Shown: piece after piece, positions 1-7,301 of the stretch | How positions within the stretch are numbered: position 1 is the stretch's first letter | Layout of the letters: each line of letters opens with the position of its first letter | NCBI GenBank assembly: GCA_050115495.1 | Contig: JASFQK010000070.1 | Location: 1 to 11,707 of the forward strand | Source of the DNA: Phycisphaerae bacterium | GTDB lineage: Bacteria > Planctomycetota > Phycisphaerae > UBA1845 > Fen-1342 | DNA: 11,707 bases | Direction: 5' to 3' | Notes under the pieces: generated by a model | The model's database searches: none | The model's input: only the letters and a program-made list of their open reading frames with translations | What the model was told of the DNA's origin: nothing | Translations under genes and position numbers: made by a program

Positions 1-2
1 GC

Positions 3-467
3 GTTACCTGCTGGAAGGGTGATGTCAATAACGACAACACGGTCGATAATTTCGACATCTCGCCGTTCGTGACTATTGTCGCCGATGGCTACGCGCTAGA
101 CAGCGACTACGATAGCGCCTATCCCGGCCTGCGCGGCTCTGCCCTCTACCACGCGGACATGAACTGCGATGGCTATGTCAACAACTTCGACATCGCCCCA
201 TTCATACAGAAGGTGTCGGACCCTGCGGCTTGGTACGCCACGCACCCGGACTGGGAGCATGCTGATTGCGCGCCGCCGGGCGATTCGGAGGAGCGCGCCG
301 GCGGTGGAGCCACCACGCCGGCGGCCGTTGCCGCCATGTTCGAAGCGTCCCTCTTCGGCGACGAACTGAGCTTCATCACCGAAGCAGCAGCGGAACTCGC
401 GGAATACTACGGCGATAGCGAGGAAGGCGCGTTCTGGGCGGCCGTCGCGGCGGCGCTGGCCGACTGA
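3..467 (+). CDS. C-terminal part of a probable secreted protein with a dockerin-like (paired Ca-binding loop) domain; 5' end lies outside the window
   Basis: The frame is open from position 3: VTCWKGDVNNDNTVDNFDISPFV...ADMNCDGYVNNFDIAPFIQ, i.e. two DxNxDx-V-x-xxD loops typical of dockerin type I-like repeats. An acidic Ala-rich tail follows; stop TGA at 465-467. The ORF-track start at 69 is internal. Confidence 0.8.
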   Translation, partial: VTCWKGDVNNDNTVDNFDISPFVTIVADGYALDSDYDSAYPGLRGSALYHADMNCDGYVNNFDIAPFIQKVSDPAAWYATHPDWEHADCAPPGDSEERAGGGATTPAAVAAMFEASLFGDELSFITEAAAELAEYYGDSEEGAFWAAVAAALAD

Positions 468-494
468 ACCCAGTCCATCCTGGCACACTGATCC

Positions 495-545
495 AAAGGC
501 GGCGCGGCGGCCCGGTCTCAGACAGGCCCCCCGCCGCCGCTTTGT
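495..545 (+). terminator. Possible intrinsic terminator after the dockerin-like gene
   Basis: Imperfect GC-rich inverted repeat aaaggcggcgcggcggcc ... ggccccccgccgccgcttt followed by gt, about 30 nt after the stop; U-tract is short. Confidence 0.35.
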
Positions 546-596
546 CGCCACGGCCACGTCGGCCGAGAGAGCCTGTGAGACAATCCTCCACACCGA

Positions 597-620
597 GTGG
601 GGCAGGCGAGCCCCCTGCCC
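597..620 (+). repeat. REP-like palindrome (GTGG + hairpin)
   Basis: gtgg overlapping/preceding stem gggcagg (600-606) / cctgccc (614-620) with 7-nt loop. The layout resembles GTAG/GTGG-type REPs; only one copy in the window. Confidence 0.3.
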
Positions 621-644
621 AACCAAGATAACATGCGAACAGCG

Positions 645-653
645 TGATAAACT
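645..653 (+). promoter_or_regulatory. Putative extended -10 promoter (TGnTAAACT) for the 663 gene
   Basis: tgataaact at 645-653, 9 nt before ATG 663; no Shine-Dalgarno in between. Confidence 0.35.
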
Positions 654-662
654 GCACTGGCG

Positions 663-1202
663 ATGCTGATCACGAAGCTCACAACCTGCCCCGAATGCCA
701 GGCCGACCTGCGAGAGCTGGCGCCGCCGGCGAGCTGCCCGGGGTGCGGCTTCGCGTTTGATGTGGAGACGTGCGTCTGGCGGTCGTCTCGGTCGTGGCAG
801 CACGCCTACGTGGTGTACGGGCTGATGGGGCTGGTCACCGGGCTGGCGGTGGCGGGGGTCGAGCGGCTGTCGGCGGGCGAGGTGTCGAACGCCCTGCTGC
901 CGATCGTCGCCGGCCTGAGCGTCGCGGTGCTCGGGCTGCTGCTGCACCGGGTACTGACGGGCAAGCTGTCCGGGCGATTCGTCGCGGTCACGCCGGCGGG
1001 GATCGTGGTCGGGCTGCGCCGGCCGGCGCGGCTGATCCCATGGTCGGACTACCGGCGGCTGGTGACGCGCGGCCGCGTGCCGAGCATCGAGTGCCACGCG
1101 ACGCCGGTGCCGGTCGCGCTCGAAGATGTGTTCGAGAATGATGAAGAGCTGACGGCCTTCGCCGCCGCGCTACGCCGCGCGGGCGAGCGGCGCACACCCT
1201 GA
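663..1202 (+). CDS. Hypothetical membrane protein: N-terminal Zn-ribbon (CPEC...CPGC), two TM helices, C-terminal bacterial PH-like segment
   Basis: CPEC and CPGC motifs; hydrophobic stretches YVVYGLMGLVTGLAVAGV and ALLPIVAGLSVAVLGLLL; 'FVAVTPAGIVV...RLIPWSDY' resembles bPH-domain patterns; GC3-rich codon usage. Confidence 0.7.
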   Translation: MLITKLTTCPECQADLRELAPPASCPGCGFAFDVETCVWRSSRSWQHAYVVYGLMGLVTGLAVAGVERLSAGEVSNALLPIVAGLSVAVLGLLLHRVLTGKLSGRFVAVTPAGIVVGLRRPARLIPWSDYRRLVTRGRVPSIECHATPVPVALEDVFENDEELTAFAAALRRAGERRTP

Positions 1203-1346
1203 ATTCCCACATCCCCTTCGAATAATGGCGGGCCGTCGACGTTCCCTCTGTTGGACAGCACCGGGAGCCGCCCGAGTCACGAATCAGGGCCTGACCGCAT
1301 CAGGTCATCTTGTCCGCGATCCATTGTCGTACAAGGAGAGGCAATC

Positions 1347-2429
1347 ATGCGAAGAGTCACACTCTGGTCCATCGTTCTGTCGTGCACCGCCATCATCGCC
1401 GTGGGCGTGGCTCCGGCCCAGACGCTGGAGTCTGAGGCAACGACGCTCACGCTCGTCGACGTTGATTCACCGCCGCCGCCGCCACCGCCACCGCCACCGC
1501 CGATCGTCACCATCGCCAAGGGTGAACACAGCCATTGGGGCGCCGAGCAGCCCGACTTCGCCGGCGTGGACCTGCTCATCCGTGATCCGAACGGCTGGGT
1601 ATCGTTCTGGCGGATGCACACCGGCGAGCCGGTTCCGCCGCCGCCAGTGGACTTCGCCCGGCAGGTTGTCGTCGCCGTGGTGCAGGGCTGGCAGCCGACC
1701 GGTTGCGGGCCGAACATCGCAATCGTCGACGTGCAGCCGGCGGAGGCATTCGTTGAGATCACGATCGTGGACGATGAGCGACCGGGCGATTGTGACGTGG
1801 TCACCAACCCGTTCCACGTCGTCGCCGTGTCGCGCGAGCTGCTGCGGCCGCGTGCGGCGATCGCCTTCAAGCACATGCGGCCAATGCCGGAGACGGGCGT
1901 TGTTTCCGGCCGCGTCTTCGCCGCGCCGCCCGAGCACGAGCCGATGCCGCTGCACGGGGCGCATCTCGTCCTGCGCAGCGTAGATGGCGAACCGCGGGAA
2001 GCGATGAGCGGTCAGGACGGGTCGTACTTCTTCGTCAACGTTCCGCCGGGCGAGTACCTGGTCATCGCCGAGCATCCGGACTTCGAGCCGGTGGAAGCGC
2101 CGGCAATCGTGCCGCCGAACGCGCGCATCGTCCGCGACTTCTTCCTACTGCCGCAGCCGCCGGCGGGGGCGTTCATGGGCCACGTGCTGGGCGTGCTGGG
2201 CGAAGGTCAGATCGTTCCGGTGGCGCAGGCGCTGGTGCGGCTGCTGGGTCCGGACGGTGAGATCGCCCACGCGCGCACCAATCGCCTGGGCTGCTTCGCC
2301 ATGCCGCACATCCCGCCGGGCGCGTACCACGCCATCGCCGAGGCGGCCGGGTGGCTGCCCGATGAGGCCGACGTGGAGATCCAGCCGGGCACGCCGACCG
2401 AGCACGTCTTCCACCTGCAACGACCGTAG
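1347..2429 (+). CDS. Secreted protein: signal peptide, 11-Pro linker, PrcB C-terminal-like domain, two carboxypeptidase-regulatory-like (transthyretin-fold) domains
   Basis: SD aaggag 1333-1338 before ATG 1347 (preferred to TTG 1251). Signal peptide MRRVTLWSIVLSCTAIIAVGVAPA. 'VDFARQVVVAVVQGWQPTG...VTNPFHVVAV' resembles PrcB_C. Two repeats 'GVVSGRV...GAHLVL...DGSYFFVNVPPGEYLVIAEHPDF' and 'GAFMGHV...QALVRL...GCFAMPHIPPGAYHAIAEAAGW'. Confidence 0.8.
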   Translation: MRRVTLWSIVLSCTAIIAVGVAPAQTLESEATTLTLVDVDSPPPPPPPPPPPIVTIAKGEHSHWGAEQPDFAGVDLLIRDPNGWVSFWRMHTGEPVPPPPVDFARQVVVAVVQGWQPTGCGPNIAIVDVQPAEAFVEITIVDDERPGDCDVVTNPFHVVAVSRELLRPRAAIAFKHMRPMPETGVVSGRVFAAPPEHEPMPLHGAHLVLRSVDGEPREAMSGQDGSYFFVNVPPGEYLVIAEHPDFEPVEAPAIVPPNARIVRDFFLLPQPPAGAFMGHVLGVLGEGQIVPVAQALVRLLGPDGEIAHARTNRLGCFAMPHIPPGAYHAIAEAAGWLPDEADVEIQPGTPTEHVFHLQRP

Positions 2430-2461
2430 CACCTGCTGACACTTGTGTGCCGCAGATTTCA

Positions 2462-2515
2462 AGCGGCGCGGCGTCCGGTCCCCTGCTTCACGGACGCCGC
2501 GCCGCTGTTGCTTCT
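2462..2515 (+). terminator. Strong hairpin / probable terminator
   Basis: Perfect 16-bp inverted repeat agcggcgcggcgtccg (2462-2477) / cggacgccgcgccgct (2491-2506), 13-nt loop, then gttgcttct; begins about 30 nt after the stop at 2429. Confidence 0.65.
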
Positions 2516-2816
2516 GTACGTACCCGGTCGCCGGCGCGACCGGGTTGACCCTGCCAGAGTGGGCCGGATACTCTTTCAGATAGAGCATTCGCCGAGCGCC
2601 CCGGGGACGGGCAGGGTGAATCGACCTGCTTCTGGTCATGAGCCACGTCCGACTATCACCCGTTCTCGCGTATGTCACCCCGCCCAGTCCATCCGGAGCA
2701 ACCAGCACGTGGTTGGTCTATCCGCGCTGACGGCGACGGCGTCCGTTCATGCCGCGCCGGTTCGAGAGCGCTCCTGATATGGTGTCGAGCTCTTCATCTG
2801 GTTGGAGGACGGGATC

Positions 2817-5309
2817 ATGTGCAACGCGAGAGACACTTCGGAACGTGTGCCGTCTCTGGCGGCGATGTGGGCGGCGGCATTGTGTGTTTCCGGACTGGTC
2901 GGTGTCACGGTCACACGCGCCTCTTCAGGGCAGTGTGAGTGGGCTGATGGGTTCCATCTGCCCGGGACCGACCAATACGTATCGGCCCTGGCAGTGTACG
3001 ACGACGGCACCGGGGCCGCGCTATTCGCGGGAGGAGACTTCCAGACGGCGGGGCCTGTGGATGTGAACCACGTCGCCAAGTGGGACGGGACAGGTTGGTC
3101 TGCGCTGGGAGCCGGAGTCGAGGGTGACAACGCGCACGTATACTCCCTGACCGCTTTCAACGATGGGACCGGCCCGGCCTTGTACGTCGGAGGCACTTTC
3201 GAGATTGCCGGCGGTGCCCCAGCCAATCGCATCGCGAAGTGGGACGGTTGCCACTGGTCGGCTCTCGGTACTGGTCTGCCTGGAGAAGTGCGTGCCTTGA
3301 CCGTGTTCGACGACGGTGGCGGTCCGGCGCTCTACGCCGGCAGCTTCGGAGTTGCGAAGTGGGACGGTAGCACGTGGTCCCCCCTGGGGCCCGAGATTCA
3401 AGACAGCGTGAGGGCGCTGGCGGTCTACGATGATGGCACCGGTCCGGCGTTGTATGCAGGCGGCTACCTCCGTACGGCAGGCGGTGGCGATCTCATCGGC
3501 ATCGTCAAGTGGGATGGCTCAGCGTGGTCCACCCTGAACGGCGGCATAGATGGTCCCGTGTACGCCCTGGCCGTGTTTGACGACGGAAGCGGCCCCGCCC
3601 TCTATGCCGCCGGCGACTTCTCCACCGCCGGCGGCGTTGCGGCCGCGGGCATCGCACGGTGGGACGGGACGACGTGGTCACCGCTGGCCGCCGGCGTGGG
3701 CGGAGTTGTACACGCGCTCTCCGCGTTCACTCTGGGGGAGGAACCTGGCCTGTATCTTGCGGGCGAGTTCACCGCGGTCGCTGGTGGAGATGTCACCGCA
3801 TACAACATCGCGAGGTGGGACGGGGCGTGCTTCCGAGCACTCGGCGCCGGGACCGACGGCCTCAACCCGGCGGTATATGCCCTGGCCAGCGCGGACGACG
3901 TCGGCGTACCGGCGCTGTATGCCGGTGGGCATTTCAGCATCGTTGGCAACGTCGCAGCCCATCATGTCGCGAGGTGGGACGGCTCGGCTTGGTCGGCTGT
4001 CGGCGACGGAGATGGGCTGAGCCACTACGCGCGCGACTTCCACGCGTATGATGACGGGAACGGCCCGGCTCTGTACACCACAGGCTACTTCAGCGGCGCC
4101 GGGGCCACCGCTGCGACAAACGTCGCGAGATGGACGAGGTCTGGCTGGACTACCTTGGGATCGGGGCTGGAAGGCACGCAGTACCCAGCCGGGCGTGCAT
4201 TGGCAACCTTCGACGACGGAAGCGGGCCAGCGCTCTACGTCGGGGGTAAGTTCGCCTTCGCAGGGGGAGTTCCCGCAGACAGCATCGCGAGGTGGGACGG
4301 CGCGTACTGGTCGCCCGTCGGCAGTCTGACCGGTGACGCCCTGCCCGATGTGCTTACGTTGTCTGCCTTCGACGACGGGACCGACCCCGCACTCTACGCG
4401 GGCGGATGGTTCACCAGCGCCGACGGCGCAGACGCCAACCATATCGCCAAGTGGGATGGGTACGGCTGGACGCCGTTGGGGACGGGCGTTACAGGGACTT
4501 GTCTTCCCGGCGTCCATTGCTTCGCAGTCTTCGACGACGGGAGCGGCCCGGCGTTGTACGTTGGAGGCTCTTTCACGAGTGCAGACGGCATCGCCGCCAA
4601 CGCGATTGCCAAGTGGGACGGGTCCACCTTCAGTCCGCTGGACGCCGGCATCGGCGGCGCCGGCGATCCACCGCACGTTTACGCACTGGCGGTGTTCGAC
4701 GACGGCTCGGGCCCTGCGCTCTTTGCGGGCGGACGCTTCAGCACCGCAGGAAGCGAACGCGCTTACTGCATCGCGAAGTGGGACGGCCATACATGGTCTG
4801 CCATCGACGACGGGATATCCAATGAAGGCCAACACGAGGACGTCGACGCCCTGGCAGTATTTGACGACGGTCAGGGCCCGGCGCTCTACGTGGCAGGATC
4901 ATTCGAGAGGGCAGGCGGCACAGTGGTCAACAACATCGCAAGATGGGACGGAAACGGCTGGGCGCCCCTGTCCACCGGACTCAACGGCTTCGTAGCGGCC
5001 ATGACCGTGTTCAACGACGGCAGCGGCGACGCGCTCTATGTGACAGGCCCCATCACCCACGCTGGAGGAAAGCCGTCCTACAACATCGCCAAGTGGCGCC
5101 GCGTGCCGGGCCAAACGCCTGGCGACCTGAACTGCGATGGGTGTGTGGACAACCACGATGTGCGCCCCTTCCTCCTGGCGATAGTCAACCCGGCGCTCTA
5201 CCAGGCTACCTACCCCGATTGCGACATTCGCGCCGGCGACTGCAACGGCGACGGCCTAGTGAACAACTTTGATATCGCGCCGTTCGTGCGATTGATCTCG
5301 GGCGAGTGA
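2817..5309 (+). CDS. Secreted repeat protein: 14 beta-propeller-type repeats plus C-terminal dockerin-like domain
   Basis: SD ggagg 2804-2808 before ATG 2817; N-terminal hydrophobic segment AAMWAAALCVSGLVGVTV. 14 copies of about 50-55 aa consensus VxALAVFDDGSGPALYxGGxFxxAGGxxAxxIAKWDGxxWSxLGxG (2979-5096). Tail GDLNCDGCVDNHDVRPF...GDCNGDGLVNNFDIAPF (5121-5306). Confidence 0.88.
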   Translation: MCNARDTSERVPSLAAMWAAALCVSGLVGVTVTRASSGQCEWADGFHLPGTDQYVSALAVYDDGTGAALFAGGDFQTAGPVDVNHVAKWDGTGWSALGAGVEGDNAHVYSLTAFNDGTGPALYVGGTFEIAGGAPANRIAKWDGCHWSALGTGLPGEVRALTVFDDGGGPALYAGSFGVAKWDGSTWSPLGPEIQDSVRALAVYDDGTGPALYAGGYLRTAGGGDLIGIVKWDGSAWSTLNGGIDGPVYALAVFDDGSGPALYAAGDFSTAGGVAAAGIARWDGTTWSPLAAGVGGVVHALSAFTLGEEPGLYLAGEFTAVAGGDVTAYNIARWDGACFRALGAGTDGLNPAVYALASADDVGVPALYAGGHFSIVGNVAAHHVARWDGSAWSAVGDGDGLSHYARDFHAYDDGNGPALYTTGYFSGAGATAATNVARWTRSGWTTLGSGLEGTQYPAGRALATFDDGSGPALYVGGKFAFAGGVPADSIARWDGAYWSPVGSLTGDALPDVLTLSAFDDGTDPALYAGGWFTSADGADANHIAKWDGYGWTPLGTGVTGTCLPGVHCFAVFDDGSGPALYVGGSFTSADGIAANAIAKWDGSTFSPLDAGIGGAGDPPHVYALAVFDDGSGPALFAGGRFSTAGSERAYCIAKWDGHTWSAIDDGISNEGQHEDVDALAVFDDGQGPALYVAGSFERAGGTVVNNIARWDGNGWAPLSTGLNGFVAAMTVFNDGSGDALYVTGPITHAGGKPSYNIAKWRRVPGQTPGDLNCDGCVDNHDVRPFLLAIVNPALYQATYPDCDIRAGDCNGDGLVNNFDIAPFVRLISGE

Positions 5310-5448
5310 TGGAAGTCGGGACATCCAGGCAGTGTGGCGGCGACGTGCTCTTCGCGGGTCACGACTCACGGCCCGTCGCCGCCGATTGGTAGCTTCTGCG
5401 ATCCAGCGCTGTTCGCGCGTCCGCCGGCTCGGGTAACATGGCGGGCCC

Positions 5449-6471
5449 ATGAGTGACGCCGAACAGGACAAACCCCTGCTGCAGGTGCAAAACCTCAGCG
5501 TCCACCTGCCGACGCGCGGGCAGCGCTGGGGCGGCGACCGCCGGATGATTCGGGCGGTCGAGGACGTCTCGCTGGACATTCACCGCGGACGGACGCTCGG
5601 GCTGGTCGGCGAGAGCGGCTGCGGCAAGTCGACGCTGGCCCGGGCGATCCTGCGGCTCATACCAGCGACGGCGGGGCGCGTCTTCTTCGACGGCCGGGAC
5701 GTCTTCGCCCTCGGCGCCGGCGAGCTACGCCGACTGCGTCGCCGCATGCAGATCGTCTTTCAGGATCCGCTGAGCTGCCTCAACCCGCGGATGGTCGTCG
5801 AGGACCTCGTCGGGGAAGCCCTCACCGTGCACGGGCTGGTACGCACGGCGGCGGAGCGGCAGGAACGCGTCCGCGAACTGCTGGGCCGCGTCGGACTGTC
5901 GCCGGACGCGCTGCACCAGTATCCACACGAGTTCTCCGGCGGGCAGCGGCAGCGAATCGGTATTGCCCGGGCCCTGGCGCTGCAGCCAGCGATCGTCATC
6001 TGCGACGAGCCGGTGTCGGCACTCGACGTGTCGGTGCAGTCGCAGATCATCAACCTGCTCGAAGACCTTCAGGCCGAGCTGAAGCTGAGCTACCTGCTGA
6101 TCGCCCACAACCTCGCCGTCATCCGCCATTGCAGCAACGAAGTGGCCGTGATGTACGTCGGGCGGATCGTCGAGCAGGGACCGGCGGAGGAGGTGTACGC
6201 CCGGCCGGCGCATCCGTACACGCGGGCGTTGCTGGCGGCGGTGCCGCGGCTGGAGCCCCCCGCTGCTGAGGCCGAGCGGCGGCCGTTGCCGGTGCTGGGG
6301 GGCAGCCCGCCGAGTCCAGTGGATCCGCCGGCGGGGTGTGCGTTTCACCCGCGGTGTCCGTTAGCGGAGGGGCGTTGTCGGGAAATCCGGCCGGAACTGG
6401 TGCGCCGTGAGGGGTTACGGGAGGGGCATCGGGCGGCGTGTCATTTCGCGGGGGGCGAAGGCCCGGGATGA
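5449..6471 (+). CDS. oppF: Oligopeptide/dipeptide ABC transporter ATP-binding subunit (OppF/DppF/AppF type)
   Basis: Walker A GESGCGKS, Q-loop IVFQDP, signature FSGGQRQR, Walker B IVICDEP, H-loop IAH, and oligo_HPY C-terminal domain HPYTRALL...GCAFHPRCP...C...ACH. Confidence 0.92.
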   Translation: MSDAEQDKPLLQVQNLSVHLPTRGQRWGGDRRMIRAVEDVSLDIHRGRTLGLVGESGCGKSTLARAILRLIPATAGRVFFDGRDVFALGAGELRRLRRRMQIVFQDPLSCLNPRMVVEDLVGEALTVHGLVRTAAERQERVRELLGRVGLSPDALHQYPHEFSGGQRQRIGIARALALQPAIVICDEPVSALDVSVQSQIINLLEDLQAELKLSYLLIAHNLAVIRHCSNEVAVMYVGRIVEQGPAEEVYARPAHPYTRALLAAVPRLEPPAAEAERRPLPVLGGSPPSPVDPPAGCAFHPRCPLAEGRCREIRPELVRREGLREGHRAACHFAGGEGPG

Positions 6472-6528
6472 TCTGGGCGAAGCGGGCCCGCAAAAGGATA
6501 GGATTATGCGTCGGGAGCGGTTTCTGAC

Positions 6529-6610
6529 GCGAAAAAGGGGATAGGCACCGCGGAGAGAATCCGCCGCGAGAGTGGGGGCTGGTTGACGCGGAGCCAGTCC
6601 CCTTTTTCGC
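6529..6610. repeat. Imperfect 24-bp inverted repeat (REP-doublet/MITE-like) between convergent oppF and frr
   Basis: gcgaaaaaggggataggcaccgcg (6529-6552) versus the reverse complement of 6587-6610, gcgaaaaaggggactggctccgcg: 21/24 identical, 34-nt spacer. Confidence 0.75.
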
Positions 6611-6631
6611 CGGAGCCAACTTGGCGGTCGA

Positions 6632-6653
6632 CGTCGTCCACGGGGGGACGACG
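6632..6653 (-). terminator. Small hairpin just downstream of frr
   Basis: cgtcgtcc (6632-6639) / ggacgacg (6646-6653), 8-bp stem, 13 nt past the frr stop; no U-tract. Confidence 0.25.
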
Positions 6654-6666
6654 CTACGGGGGGAGG

Positions 6667-7233
6667 TCAGACCTCCATGATCTCTTTGGATTTCTGGGCG
6701 GCGAGGCCGTCGAGCTTTTTGCAGTAGTCGTCCGTGAGCTGCTGGACGCGGGTCTGGGTCTTTTCGACCTCGTCCTCGCTCAGCGTCTTGTCCTTCTTGG
6801 CGGTGTCGAGCGTGCGGTTGGCGTCCCGCCGAATGTTGCGGATGGCGACCTTCTGCTGCTCAGTCATCTGCTTGACGTGGCTGGAGAGCTGGTTTCGCCG
6901 CTCGGTGGAGAGGGCCGGCACGGGCAGGCGAACCATCTTGCCGTCGCTCTGCGGGTTGATGCCGAGCTCGCTCTTCTCGATGCCGCGGAGGATGTCCTTC
7001 AGCGTCGAGGGGTCGTAAGGCTTGATAATAATGACGTTTCCTTCGGCGACGGCGATATTGGCCAACTCCTTGAGGGCCATGGCCGACCCGTACGACTCGA
7101 CCTCGATGCGGAGCGAGTCGACCAGGGCGGGTGTGGCCTGCCCTGTCCGGACGCCGCGGAGTTCCTGCTTGAGGAACTCGACCGCCTTCTTCATCTCGTC
7201 TTCCGCTTGTTGCAGCACTCGCTTGGCCGGCAT
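6667..7233 (-). CDS. frr: Ribosome recycling factor
   Basis: 188 aa with MKKAVEFLKQELRGVRTGQATPALVD, YG..MALKELANI, LGINPQSDG, LSTERR, KVAIRNIRRDAN, LSEDE and KSKEIMEV; SD aaggagg on the minus strand at 7242-7248. Confidence 0.97.
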   Translation of the reverse strand: MPAKRVLQQAEDEMKKAVEFLKQELRGVRTGQATPALVDSLRIEVESYGSAMALKELANIAVAEGNVIIIKPYDPSTLKDILRGIEKSELGINPQSDGKMVRLPVPALSTERRNQLSSHVKQMTEQQKVAIRNIRRDANRTLDTAKKDKTLSEDEVEKTQTRVQQLTDDYCKKLDGLAAQKSKEIMEV

Positions 7234-7272
7234 GCCCGTAGCCTCCTTGTCGATCAGGTCCTGGAACGCCGC

Positions 7273-7301
7273 AGAATAGCGGCGGTCCGGAAACTGCTCA
7301 A
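7273..7301 (-). promoter_or_regulatory. Putative sigma70 promoter of frr
   Basis: Minus strand TTGAGC (7301-7296), 17-nt spacer, TATTCT (7278-7273), about 40 nt upstream of the frr ATG. Confidence 0.55.

Noticed and set aside
96..1097. 333-aa minus-strand ORF and similar long antisense ORFs (3678-4835, 5725-6348, 7945-8697, 9760-10332)
   Set aside because: Shadow ORFs opposite well-supported genes in high-GC DNA; Arg/Pro/Ala-rich with no motifs.
1251..1346. ORF-track upstream starts (1251, 2802, 8501, 9577)
   Set aside because: Downstream ATGs (1347, 2817, 8675, 9748) have SD motifs and match signal-peptide or family N-termini.
2516..2800. Long intergenic region as riboswitch, ncRNA or small gene (ORFs 2445-2777, 2145-2708)
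   Set aside because: No recognisable RNA motif, SD or protein similarity by eye; an Rfam scan would be needed.
2979..5096. Periodic DNA repeats (gacgacgg...aagtgggacgg) as a CRISPR array or DGR template/variable repeats
   Set aside because: They are degenerate in-frame protein repeats varying mainly at synonymous sites; no identical repeats with unique spacers, no cas or reverse transcriptase gene, no adenine-specific pattern noticed.
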